DNA of 64,000 bases. Source: the human T2T-CHM13v2.0 reference genome, Homo sapiens. The stretch lies in NCBI RefSeq assembly GCF_009914755.1, contig NC_060941.1. The stretch is one strand, 5' to 3'. A program made the position numbers and the translations under genes. Every line of letters begins with the position of its first letter. Position 1 is the first letter of the stretch. The notes under the pieces are model-generated. The model did not search any database. It was given only the letters and a program-made list of their open reading frames with translations, and was not told the origin of the DNA. Below are positions 12,276 to 24,370 of the stretch, piece after piece.

Positions 12276-15042
12276 GGCTCGAACTGGAGGGGAGGGTCCC
12301 AGTTGCTCCCCTCGCCTGACCATCTAGTAAGTGTTGTGCCCCATGCTGCCCCATCCTGGGCTCCTGGCCAGGCTCTAAGATTAACTAGAGAGGCTCTGTC
12401 CCTAAGAAAGGTCACGCACTTCAGGGTAGGTAAGGTGGACAGGCAAGGCCTGGTGACCTCGGCCCATCCTTGTGCCTCCAGAAGCCGTAACTCACCTCAA
12501 AGAGGTTTTCCTGCTGGAGGGAACTATCTCTGAGCAACAGGGGCAGACTTCACAGCTCAGGCGCCCTCCTGAAGGTAAGAGGCACTGGGCTCGCCTATCA
12601 AAGACACTCTCCTGTCCCCGCAGGTTCCCCTATGTCCCATCAGGGAGCTGGGCTCCAAAGTCTCCCGCCCTGCTTCTCCTAGAGAATGCAAAGGCTGCCT
12701 CTCTTCCCTCCCAGTGTAACCTGACCCTCCTCTGTGCCCCTTGGCCACCCTTGCATCCTCTAGCTCCTTCTGACACCTTCTTTTTGACTGTTCACAGAGG
12801 GCAGGATCTGAAGCCTGCAGAGGTGACCCTTGGTGCCTTGTGCAAGGCTGGCCAGCAAGTAAGCATGACTTTTGGCTCTGCTGCCAGCTGGGCCATTTGA
12901 TCTACACACACTTTTCTGCCTCTACCTGGAGTTAGGCGAGGCTCTCTATAGAATGGGTACTTGTCAACAAAGTGGGCTTAGACTCCGGGCAGTAGCAGTT
13001 GAGGCAGGAGCAGTGGGAGAAGTCTGGGCTAATGGCAAGCACCCAGTCCCCTCTGTGAGCTGCCCACTTGTCCCAGGCTCTGCCATGGCCCTTCCTCTGA
13101 TTTTTAGGAGCTTTCATGAGGCCTCGCACAGCCTGAAGGAGCAGAGCTTGTTGTGCTAATCCCCAGCATCCTCTGCAGAGTTCTCAACACCTTGTGGCCG
13201 AAAGGTCCTTCAGATTGTCCAGGCACCCACCCCGAAAACCAGCCCTGGCATGGGGGTGCTGACCCCTCCCGGAGCAGTGGGGTGCAGGGCTCATAAGGCG
13301 GGGTCTGCAAAGCATGCTGGGGTCTTGCTCTGTGCTTACTCCAAGGATGCAGCCCGGAGTGCCACTGCTCTTGGACTTTCCTTGAGACACCCAGAGCATT
13401 GTGTGGCCATCACTTCTCACGTGGTCTGGCTGCTTGGGGGGCTGGCCTGAGTCAGCTAGGGCCAGTGCTCACCTTATCCTAATCACCTACTGGGGGATTT
13501 TGTAGGCTTGACCCTCCATGCCCTGGTGTTTCCCACAGGCTGTGAGGTTCTAGGGTGTCCCAGGGAGGATAGACGAGGCTGGTGTCCTAGGATCCCTCCC
13601 TGTCCGATCCAAGGTGAGGCTGCCAGGGAATGGAATCTGGCTCTCAGGCATGGGGGCCAGGCTCGCCTGCAGCCTCAATGTGGCTGGGCCCTGAAGGCCA
13701 GGGGTGGGTGGGGTGCAGCCCAGAGCTTTCTGCGGCTGAATCACCCTCTGGGTACAGGAAGCCTGACCGCATGACTTCCAAACTGATGCAACTCGGACTT
13801 TCTACTGAATTTGTGAGCTGTGATACTATTGCTTCTGAAGTCAAAGAGGGCTCAGAGGGTTCACGGAGCATTCCCTTTCAATGACGATCGGCCTCTCTGG
13901 AATATCTCCAGTGTCAGCAGGGATGGTGTCAGGGTTCTCCTAGCAAGAAGTCATAAGGAATGGAAGGGCTGAGAAAAATGAGGGTTAGAGTGACACCATG
14001 TCAGTCCCCCTGGCTAGCCTCTGCCAGCTGGACAAGCTGGGGCCTCCTCTCCACCTTGACTGGCCTGTGCCGGGGGAGGGAGCCAAGGGCAGGACCCTCT
14101 TGCACCTCTACCCTGGGCCTGGTCCATTCTCGCTCCTGGGACCTCCCCAGAGACCTCCGCAGCACACCCCACCAGCACAGTGAGCAGCACGGAGAGACCC
14201 AGACCGAAGTGGCCATGTGCTCCATGTGAGGGCTCCGTAGGAAGCAAGGATGTACAAGTGGCTCCTTTCCCCTTCCTAGGGGTCCCTTGCAGGGCTGGGA
14301 CCCCACTCTAGGCGAGGCCTCTGGGCAAGGATGACCGTCCCTGCCTGCCTCTGGGAAAGAGTAAGTTCCTGCTCCTGGTGTCAGCGCCGACTGGTTCTCC
14401 AGGGACCACGGCGGAGGTCTGCCCTCTGTCTTACTTTCTCATAGAGATTTTCCGTGGGACCTGGGCTCCCTGCCTGGTTAGGGCTGGTTGAAGAATAAGT
14501 GGGAACGGTGGAGGAAGGAAGGGGATGTGCCAGCTGTTGCTCTGGCCCTTTCGTGTGGATATGAATCCCTGGTGAGAGGCAGATCCTGCGGTCAGTGCGG
14601 AGCCCACCACATTCCCCCAGGAGGGTGTGTCCGGGGCTGTGTATGGGGGAAAGCTGGGCAAACAGGGTCATGCCGTGAATGCAGGGGCAGGAGCAGGGAC
14701 GTTTCTCTCTGCAGACACTGGTGCTCCCCAAAGCAGGAGAAATGGCACACAGCCATGTTGTGGACACATTTGTGAGAAAATTCCTCTGAATGTCAGAGAA
14801 CATGGAAGAGATGAAGCTACCAGCTTAGAGAGACACAGGAACACATACTACAGACACACAGCACGCACATACCCAGACACACCCAGACACACTCACCAGA
14901 CACACAGACTCACACAGAGAACACACCACGTCACACACAGAGATTCACAAAGAACCACATCACACACGTTTTCACCCACAGAGAGAACATACCCACATCA
15001 TACCCATGTGCTGACACACAAGAGCATAAACTCACACACACA

Positions 15043-16080
15043 TACATGAACTCACACCGAGAACACAGGCATCACACACAGGGACTCACGCACAGAGGGC
15101 ATGTGGACACTACACACATGTTCTCACACAGCACACGCCCCGTCACACCCATGAACTCACACCGAGAACACAACATCACACACAGGGACTCACGCACAGA
15201 GGACATGTGGACACTACACACATGTTCTCACACAGCACACGCCCCGTCACACCCATGAACTCACACCGAGAACACAACATCACACACAGGGACTCACGCA
15301 CAGAGGACATGTGGACACTACACACATGTTCTCACACAGCACACGCCCCGTCACACCCATGAACTCACACCCAGAACACAACATCACACACAGGGACTCA
15401 CGCACAGAGGACATGTGGACACTACACACATGTTCTCACACAGCACACGCCCCGTCACACCCATGAACTCACACCCAGAACACAACATCACACACAGGGA
15501 CTCATGCACAGAGGACATGGGAACACTACACACACGTTCTCACACAGCACGCCCCGTCACACCCATGAACTCACACCCAGAACACAACATCACACACAGG
15601 GACTCACGCACAGAGGACATGTGGACACTACACACATGTTCTCACACAGAACACACCCCGTCACACCCATGAACTCACACCCAGAACACAACATCACACA
15701 CAGGGACTCATGCACAGAGGACATGGGAACACTACACACACGTTCTCACACAGCACGCCCCGTCACACCCATGAACTCACACCCAGAACACAACATCACA
15801 CACAGGGACTCACGCACAGAGGACATGTGGACACTACACACATGTTCTCACACAGCACACGCCCCGTCACACCCATGAACTCACACCCAGAACACAACAT
15901 CACACACAGGGACTCATGCACAGAGGACATGGGAACACTACACACACGTTCTCACACAGCACGCCCCGTCACACCCATGAACTCACACCCAGAACACAAC
16001 ATCACACACAGGGACTCACGCACAGAGGACATGTGAACACTACACACACGTTCTCACACAGCACACACCCCGTCACACCC
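15043..16080. repeat. 104/102-bp minisatellite (~10 copies) in a CA-rich tract (~14830-16105)
   Basis: catgaactcacacc...cacacagggactca.gcacagaggacatg..gacactacacaca recurs every 102-105 bp. Confidence 0.95.
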
Positions 16081-16099
16081 ACACCCCCACATGCGTAGA

Positions 16100-17240
16100 C
16101 ACACACATCCTTACTCTGCGCGCATCCCTGGCCTGGTGGACGGAAGATCGAGCGCTCTGGGTGGACTTACGGCCACAGGACGGGGGCAGAGTCGGCAGGG
16201 AGGCCCCTCCGAGGCCCAGTGGGCCCCGCGCTGGCCCCGGCCGCAGACGCCCACCTGCTGTGCTGGCTGCGGCGTGTGCCCCGGGGTCTGTGGCTGACCT
16301 GGCCTCCACGTCTCACCCATGAAGCAGGCATGAGAGGCTGGCCAGGTTGGCTAAATGGGACCACAGCAGAAGCACGAGCCCCAGAATGTGCACGAAGGAA
16401 GAGAGAGCCGGGGGAGGTGGCGGGCTGGGTGTGCAGAGTGGGCCTGAGCTCCGGCCTCCTCCCTGGACGCCCTCCCGTGGCCGCAGCCATCCCTGCACCC
16501 ACTGATGTGGCCTGACCCCTCACCCTGAGCCCACCCTTCGCGGCCACTAGGGAACCTCAGGAGAGGCCGCCGCGGTGGGGTGGGCGGATTCCCCCGGAGC
16601 AGGCCCAGGCCCCTGCTTCTGAGCGCTCCTGCAGCGCCGCCTGCTGGCCACAGAGAACCCGCGTGTGCCGGCCGCCAGGCCTGGGCATCTCCTCTCCTGC
16701 AGCGCCGCCTGCTGGCCACAGAGAACCCACGTGCGCCGGCCGCCAGGCCTGGGCATCTCCTCTCCTGCAGCGCCGCCTGCTGGCCACAGAGAACCCACGT
16801 GTGCCGGCCGCCAGGCCTGGGCATCTCCCCTCCTGCAGCGCCGCCTGCTGGCCACAGAGAACCCACGTGTGCCGGCCGCCAGGCCTGGGCATCTCCTCTC
16901 CTGCAGCGCCGCCTGCTGGCCACAGAGAACCCACGTGCGCCGGCCGCCAGGCCTGGGCATCTCCCCTCCTGCAGCGCCGCCTGCTGGCCACAGAGAACCC
17001 ACGTGCGCCGGCCGCCAGGCCTGGGCATCTCCCCTCCTGCAGCGCCGCCTGCTGGCCACAGAGAACCCACGTGTGCCGGCCGCCAGGCCTGGGCATCTCC
17101 TCTCCTGCAGCGCCGCCTGCTGGCCACAGAGAACCCGCGTGCGCCAGCCGCCAGGCCTGGGCATCTCCCCTCCTGCAGCGCCGCCTGCTGGCCACAGAGA
17201 ACCCACGTACGCCAGCCGCCAGGCCTGGGCATCTCCCCGG
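16100..17240. promoter_or_regulatory. CpG-island-like GC-rich region including the 68-bp VNTR
   Basis: Dense CpG (ggccccgcgctggccccggccgcagacgcc, ggccgccgcggtgg) compared with the flanks; judged by eye, not computed. Confidence 0.6.
16626..17237. repeat. 68-bp GC-rich VNTR, 9 copies, each with a CTCF-type motif
   Basis: Unit ctcctgcagcgccgcctgctggccacagagaaccc(a/g)cgtg(t/c)gccggccgccaggcctgggcatctcc starts at 16626, 16694, 16762 and so on. Confidence 0.97.
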
Positions 17241-17437
17241 GCCCTAGTTCCCCCCCTCACCTAAGGGGAGGGACTCCCGTCTTTCCATCCACCCCCTCCT
17301 TGCCTCTGCAGAGCTCCAGGGAAGGCTGGCACCCGCTCACTGCATTTAGACTCCATCAGGTTCAGACAGTGGGTCAGGGTACAAGGCTTCAGCGGCCAGG
17401 GATGTGGCCTCTAATTTGTAGAGAGAAAGAAGGGCAG

Positions 17438-17535
17438 AGGTAGGTAGGTAGATATATGATAGATGGTTGATAGATAAAAATAGATGAAATAGATGGCATG
17501 GTTACATAGGTGGGTAGGTAGATAGATGACAGATA
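17438..17535. repeat. Degenerate (GATA/GGTA)n simple repeat
   Basis: ggtaggtaggtagatatatgatagatggttgatagataaaaatagatg... Confidence 0.8.
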
Positions 17536-18537
17536 GAAAGACAATAGACCACTGGGGGCTGAGCCTGGCCTGAGCCAGAAAGGTGAGAAGGGGACAGCGG
17601 TGAGGACCCCACAGGTCCCTGCTCTCACCTATTAGCCCCAGTGTTTGGCCTGAGCTCTGACTGACAGCTCCCTCTTTCCGAGATGAGACTCAAGAGGAGG
17701 AAGAGGGGACTTCCTAAGGACAGGGATTCTTGGTGTCTCCTTGGGGCTGGTAGACACTGCCTGCCTCGCCTGCTGTGGCCTCTCTGCACACAACCAACGA
17801 CCCCTAAAGGGCTCTGTGGGTGCCCATGCTGCCCCCATCAGCTGACACCCCCTGTGCGAAGATTCTCCTCCTCCTCTTCCTCCTGCCTTTCTGTCCCCTC
17901 ATCCTCCTCTTTATGGAATTAACTTCCCTTGGTCAACATCTTCCTGCTTCACTCACTTCCCTAAACTCCTCCCTATCCCTTCTCAATCTGCAAGAAAAAT
18001 GTAGAAAGAATATGGTAAAGGAAAGCTTTGAGCCCATATTTGGGTCCAATGCCGACACCACATGCCCCAAAGCCCCCTTGAGAGCATCCACGTCCGTGTA
18101 GTTGAGTATTGCCCGAGCTGGAGTGAGATTTGCCTCTCTACGGAGCTGCCTTCCTGCAGTTCAAGAGCACTGTCTCTTTTCTGGGCCTCCTGCCTGGTGC
18201 AAGGGCCCCAGCTGAGCCTCCTCCAGCTCTGACCTCTGGTGGTCCCGGGCTACCCCAGAGGGTCTTGCCCGGGCTCTGACACTTGGCATGGGCTGGGAGC
18301 TCCAGCAGCCACAGCCCAGCCCTGGGGAGGCTTTGTGGTCTCTGAGGGGGCAGGTGCACTCCCCCAACTCCAGTTCATGTTTTTCCCTCCAACTCTAAGC
18401 CTTTTTCTTCCTCTGCTATTACCCAGGCACCCTACCCTGTCAACAACACTGGCCTTCAAGACCCTTTGTAGCATAACTCCCACCTATAACTCCCACCTGA
18501 AGCCAGCCCTTCCCACCTCTGCGCCTCTGATGCCCAG

Positions 18538-18674
18538 GACAGCTCTGACCGTGGGCAGCTCTGACCCAGGACAGCTCTGACCTTGGGCAGCCCTGATCTG
18601 GGGCAGCTCTGACCTCGAGTAGCTGTGACCCTGGGCAGCTCTGACTCTGGGTAGTCGTGACCCTGGGGAGCTCT
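18538..18674. repeat. Degenerate 16-bp tandem repeat (~8-9 copies)
   Basis: cagctctgacc(c/t/g)tggg recurring at 16-bp spacing (18540, 18556, 18572...). Confidence 0.85.
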
Positions 18675-19429
18675 CAGCATGGGGGTTGCACGCTCCTGTT
18701 TAGACAGCTGCCGTCCCCCAAGCTGGCTCACTATCCCATGTTGGAGTGCACTGTTCGGGGCTGCCTGCCTGGATTGATGCAGGGAAACTTGGTTCCAGCC
18801 CACCTCCTCCTGCGGAGGCTGAGTCAGGGGCTCTTCCCTCGGCCAGGCTGAAAGGCAGCAGTTGGTCCCCCTGTGAGGTCTTCCACATGGCCTGGGAGAG
18901 TCTCCCCATCTCTTCAGGCAGAAGGGAGGACAGTCCATAATGTTCCTTCCAGTCCTCTGACTTGTCATTTTTCTACCCCAAATCTTGCACTTTACCCGCA
19001 TAGAGAGCTCCTGAAGGGGGAATTTTAACTGGCAAAACTCAGAACTCCATCCAAACACAACCGAAACCATCCTGGGTGGCTTAGAGGTGGCTGCCTCCCA
19101 GACAAGTCCATAGCCCCACAGAAACGTCTGGTCCTTCACCTGCCAGAGCTCAGGCTTTTTGGTTGAAGCCGGAGACAGGCCCAGCTCAGAGTGTGCCCCG
19201 GTTTATCCTGAACACCGACTTGGTGCGGTGTGTGTGACAGACCAGCGAAGCGGGTCTTGCTGCCTGTCCTGTGGTTGGCCCTTGGCTCCCAGCCTCGAGT
19301 CCTACCCTTAGGCCAGGTCAGAGCAGGTTCAGCAGCAGGACTGGCTAGGCACCACCCAGGCTCATGAGGTGGCTTTGTGGGGAGGAAATGAGGTGTTTTT
19401 TTTTCTCTTGTAAAGTTGCTTGTTGTTAA

Positions 19430-20490
19430 TTTAAAATTTTAATTTCATTTCTGAATTAACATTCAGCAAAACTGCTATTTTTCGGTGTACAGTTCTATGA
19501 GTTTAACACGTTTATAGATTCATGTAGCAACACTGTGGATACAGAACAGTTACATCACCCCCAGAACTCCGTTCACAGTCACACTCCCCCACCCAGCCCC
19601 GGCAGCTCTCCCTGTGGTTTGTCTTTTGCAGAGGAAATCCCGCAGCTGGCGGCACTTGGAGACCGGCTCCTCGCCGAGCCGACCGCGCGTGCGCGGCTCC
19701 CTCCTCGTCCGTGCTGAGCGCCGCGTGGGGTTCCGCGTGGAGGCGCCTGTGCCGCTGAAGCGTGTTTGGGTTGCTTCCAGGGTGGGATGGTTGTTGGATG
19801 GAGCTGTTTGTGCATTTGCGTTGTAGGTTTTTGTGTGAACATAAGCCTTTGTTTCTCGGGTACATACCCAGAAGTGCAATTGCTGAGTCATGTGGGAAGC
19901 GTGTGCCCAACTTTACAGGAAAACGCCACAGGCCGCCCCTTCGCTTTGCGCTCCCGCTAATCGGGAATGAGTGCCTGCTGCTCCGCGTTCTTGCGGGCAC
20001 CCAGCATTTTCCGTGCTTACATTTCAGCCATCCCGGAATGAATGAAAAGCGTTTCCTAGTGGCTGTAATTTGCATCTCCCTGGTGGCTGATGGAAGCTTA
20101 TTTCCCATCCATATCCCTTGCTTGGTGGCGCATCTGTTCAAGTCCTTCCCCGGTTTGTAACTGGATTATTTGGTGTTTTTACTGTTGGATTTTGAGAGTT
20201 CTTTATGTATTCTAGATTCCTTTGCCAGATATGAGATTCACAAATATTTTCTCCAACTCTATGTCTTGTGTTTTCATTCTCTCAACAGTGACTTTTGCAG
20301 CATTCATAGGGATTTTCTGTTTTCTTCTCAAAGTTTTATAAACCACTATATTTAAAATTTTAATTTAAAAACTATAAACCTATTATAGTTTTTAAATTAA
20401 ACTGTAAACCTCTTATATAGATTTTCTGTTTAAACTTATGATTCCTTTTAAGTTAATTATTATGTAAGTTGTGAGGGTTGGGTCAAGGCA
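19430..20490 (-). mobile_element. Old L1 (L1M) 3' fragment, ORF2 C-terminus plus 3'UTR
   Basis: Minus ORF 19512-20141 contains REMQIT...WRFPVKLGTRFPHDSAIALLGMYP, homologous to L1 ORF2 REMQIKTT...WRFL..L..E.P.DPAIPLLGIYP. Confidence 0.85.
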
Positions 20491-20763
20491 TTCCTTTGCT
20501 TAAAATCCCCAGCTTTTCATTTCTCTCAGACAGAAGTCTTGACCTGCAGGGTCAGGCTCCCCTGCTCTCTGAGCTCGCCCTCCCCACACAGCGCTAGCCC
20601 CTGGACTATTCTCACCACTCAGGCCTTGGCCTCCATACCCGCTTGGCACCCGCCAAAGGGTCCAGGGACCCCTCCACAGGGCAGCGTTCTGTCTGTGAGG
20701 TGAAGCGGGAGCAGAGGGCCAGGCAGAGCCAGGCTGGGACCCAATCTCTGCTTCAGGCTGGTC

Positions 20764-21057
<294 letters not shown>

Positions 21058-21733
21058 AGGCTGGTCATTTTTGCCAGAGTTAGTGTTGTATTGAGGGACA
21101 TGGAGGGAGGAAAGGGGGTCAGTTAGGGGCAAGTTTACTTGTGCAGGTAACCAGGGTGAGGGCTCGAGGGGAGAGGAGAGATAAGGAGGGCAGAGCTCAG
21201 CCAAGTTGGCCTGATGACATGACCAGAATGTGATCACTAGATCCCCTGCCTGGAGCCCGAGTGTGGCCCCAGGTCTGGATAGTTACAGCCACTTGGGGAA
21301 GCTTCAGTTGGGGAGCCACAGAAACCAAGAATATCGTCTGGGAAGCTGATGTGCAGAGAGGAGAATGGAGCGGATGGAGGTGCGGTGGGGGAGAGAGACA
21401 AAGAGACAGAGAGGAGAGTAAAAGCCTGTTGCTGGCTCCACTATGTTGGGCTTGTCAGCCCAGCTTATTCTTGTCCCATCCATAAAATGGGCTGGTGTCG
21501 CCCATCATGGTTAGGAGGCACAAGGAAGTGTTGCGCTGTGTGCTCGGCCCAGCTGACTCAGCAGCTCTCCAACCTTGGGGACTCTCCAGACAGGTGTGTG
21601 CAGGTGAGGTGCTGGACCAAGGAAGGGCAGGTGGAGGACATGGCCGAGGGGAGCTCTGTGAGCTGAGCTGCCTGCTTTGAGGGTGCCCTTGAGGCCCAGG
21701 ACTGACCCCTGGAGGGAGAGGCTTCCTTCCTCC

Positions 21734-22350
21734 TGTTGGGGCTCAGAAAACAACGCCCCAAAATGAAGTCCTCAGCAGCAGCCTCAGAAGCAAAAGTTGT
21801 CTCTGACCTTCTCCTGCCCTCCTGTCTCTCAGTCTCATTCTCCCCGAAGGCGCTGTAGAAACCAGACTCTCTTTTTCCCCAAGGCCGGTCACAGAAGTCA
21901 GAACCCCTTCTCCCCAAAGCTGGTCAGAAAACCTAAAAATATTACTCAGTTTTCCGTCTACCTTTCTATATAAGAGCTGACTAGAGAGAAATGATCTGAC
22001 ATCCCTTGTTTGACTGTAGGTCATGAGACTGTCATTCCAGAGAGGGCCCTGCCCCACATCCAGAGAAGAAAATGCTCAGAGACGAAGACAAATCTAGACA
22101 GACCTTGCTGGGTTCCCACTCAGTCTATTCACATTAGATCAAGCCCTTTGTGTCCAATCCTTTTTTTAGAGGACTGTTCGTACTTTATTAAACCTAAACA
22201 TAAAAATGGACAATTTCCCCCATCGTTGGGTCTTCGTTCTAAAGATTCTTATATGTACACATTAAATAAATTTGCATACCGTTTCTCCTATTAATCCATC
22301 TGTCTCATGTCAGTGACTTCTCAGCAAACCTTTAGGGGCCAAGGGGCCCC
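21734..22350 (+). mobile_element. ERV1 solo LTR, MER39/MER39B-like
   Basis: Begins tgttggggctcagaaaacaacgccccaaaatgaagtcctcagcagcagcctcagaagcaaaag; tatataa and aataaa signals present. Confidence 0.75.
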
Positions 22351-22811
22351 ACGCTCTCCAGCGGCAGGCACAATGGGCCTGGGGTGCAGTTGTGGACACT
22401 CGGACCCTCCTTGGATCTGGTTTAGCTGTGCTGTGTGCTTGTGGGAATGGATTGCCATGATTTCTGGGCTCTAATAAATTGTGCTTCAATCGACTCTTGA
22501 GGAGTTAACGAGAGGCCTCACTTCAGACCATAAACACCCTCCCTGTGTGGGATAGAAACACACGTCGTCACAGCCAGGAGGTCAGTCGGGTGAGGGTCTG
22601 CTTTGCTTACAAGGTCCAGAAACCCAGCAGAAAACCCTCGAGGCCACATCAGTGAAGAGTAACTTATTTCAGCAACATTTCCACATGTGACACAAGACAC
22701 ACATTTCCTGCATCCACCTTTAAAGTCAAGAAGTTGAAACTGAATAAAGCCAGCAGGCAGCGAAAATCACCTGCACTCAGTTCAGTTGTGGCAGGAAAGG
22801 GAAAGAGCCAT

Positions 22812-23310
22812 GAAGAAAGGAGAGGGGGATGGAGAGGGAGAAAGGAGAGGGGGATGGAGAGGGGGGTGGAGAGGAGAAAGAGGGGGTGGGGAAGAGAAAG
22901 GAGAGGGGGATGGAGGGGGGATGGAGAGGGGGATGGAGAGGGGATGGGGAGGAGAAAGGAGAGGGAGAAAGGAGAGGGGGATGGAGAGGAGAAAGGAGAG
23001 GGGGATGGAGAGGAGAAAGGAGAGGGGGATGGAGAGGGAGAAAGGAGAGGGGGATGGAGAGGAGAAAGGAGAGGGGGATGGAGAGGAGAAAGGAGAGGGG
23101 GATGGAGAGGAGAAAGGAGAGGGGGATGGAGAGGGAGAAAGGAGAGGGGGATGGAGAGGAGAAAGGAGAGGGGGATGGAGAGGGGGATGGAGAGGAGAAA
23201 GGAGAGGGGGATGGAGAGGGAGAAAGGAGAGGGGGATGGAGAGGAGAAAGGAGAGGGGGATAGAGAGGAGAAAGGAGAGGGGGATGGAGAGGAGAAAGGA
23301 GAGGAGGGTG
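22812..23310. repeat. Near-homopurine (GGAGAGGAGAAAGGAGAGGGGGAT)n repeat, followed by a ~39-bp repeat (23317-23445)
   Basis: About 500 bp almost entirely G/A, with 12/24-bp periodicity. Confidence 0.95.
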
Positions 23311-24370
23311 GAGAGCGACAGCTGCAGAGGGAGGCAGGGAGGCTGGCTGGGCGTGGACAGCTGCAGAGGGAGGCAGGGGAGGCCCGCTGGGCGTGGACAG
23401 CTGCAGAGGGAGGCAGGGGAGGCCGGCATGGACACTGCAGAGGGGACACAGCAACTCTGGGAACAGCAGCCAGCGGCGGATCTGCCTGGAATGCTGTTCC
23501 CTCCTGTCCAGGATGGGCCTGTCTCTGCAGACAGGGGCCCTCCCCTTCCTGGCCTGGCTGTGCACTCCCTATGTGCATTTTGGAAGCTCTGCAGAGGCCG
23601 TTCTGCTCCAGAGTGGGGCATAGCCTCGGGCGAGGTTCACAGCTTGGGGGGCTGGTCCTGCCCTGTCCCACATGTGGCTGTGTGGGCAGCATGGATCTTC
23701 TTCCGCGGTGACCCTGTATGCCCACCCCCCCCAACTTATGCCTGCTTCCCAAGGCCATGGGCCTCACCCTCAGACTTCACTTTTGTGTATATGGAAAGAC
23801 ACAATTATCGGGACAGAAACAGATCAGTATTTGCCAGTGGGTGAGTGAGGGGAGAGGAGTTTACTACTGAGGGGCCGAACTGGGGCCATTTTTGAGGGAT
23901 GAAAGTCTTCTGTGTGGCTCTACAGAGTTGGGTAAGTGATGCTGTGTTTGTCAAACCCCGCAGGACTGGACCTCACTGTGGGAACAACAAGATCAACAAG
24001 AGGAGCAAGAACAACATCAAGAGTCGGGGCCCGGGGGTCCTGACGGGTACAGGATGGGTACAGACCCACACAGGAATCCCAGAGTGTGTTCCACAGCAGG
24101 ACACGCCTGCGCTGAAAGAGTGGGCAGAAAGGAGCTGACCTGGGTAAGTCCAAAAACAGTGTTTTGATTAGATTCTGGAAAGAATCAAATAACTCTGCAT
24201 ATCTAAGCACTAAACTCCAATTGGTAAAATTGTTTCCCACAGCAATATATGTTAGCAACTTTGAAACTACTTTTATATATACTAAGGTTTCACAAATAAG
24301 TCAATACAGTATGGGTAGTAAGAGTCAGGGTTCTCACAGCTGGATAAGGAAGTCATGGAAAAGCCAGCGG

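Noticed and set aside
16351-17443. 200-290-aa ORFs on both strands
   Set aside because: Translation of the 68-bp VNTR; no domain similarity
22664-23844. Glu/Gly/Arg-rich and Ser/Pro-rich ORFs
   Set aside because: Polypurine simple repeat
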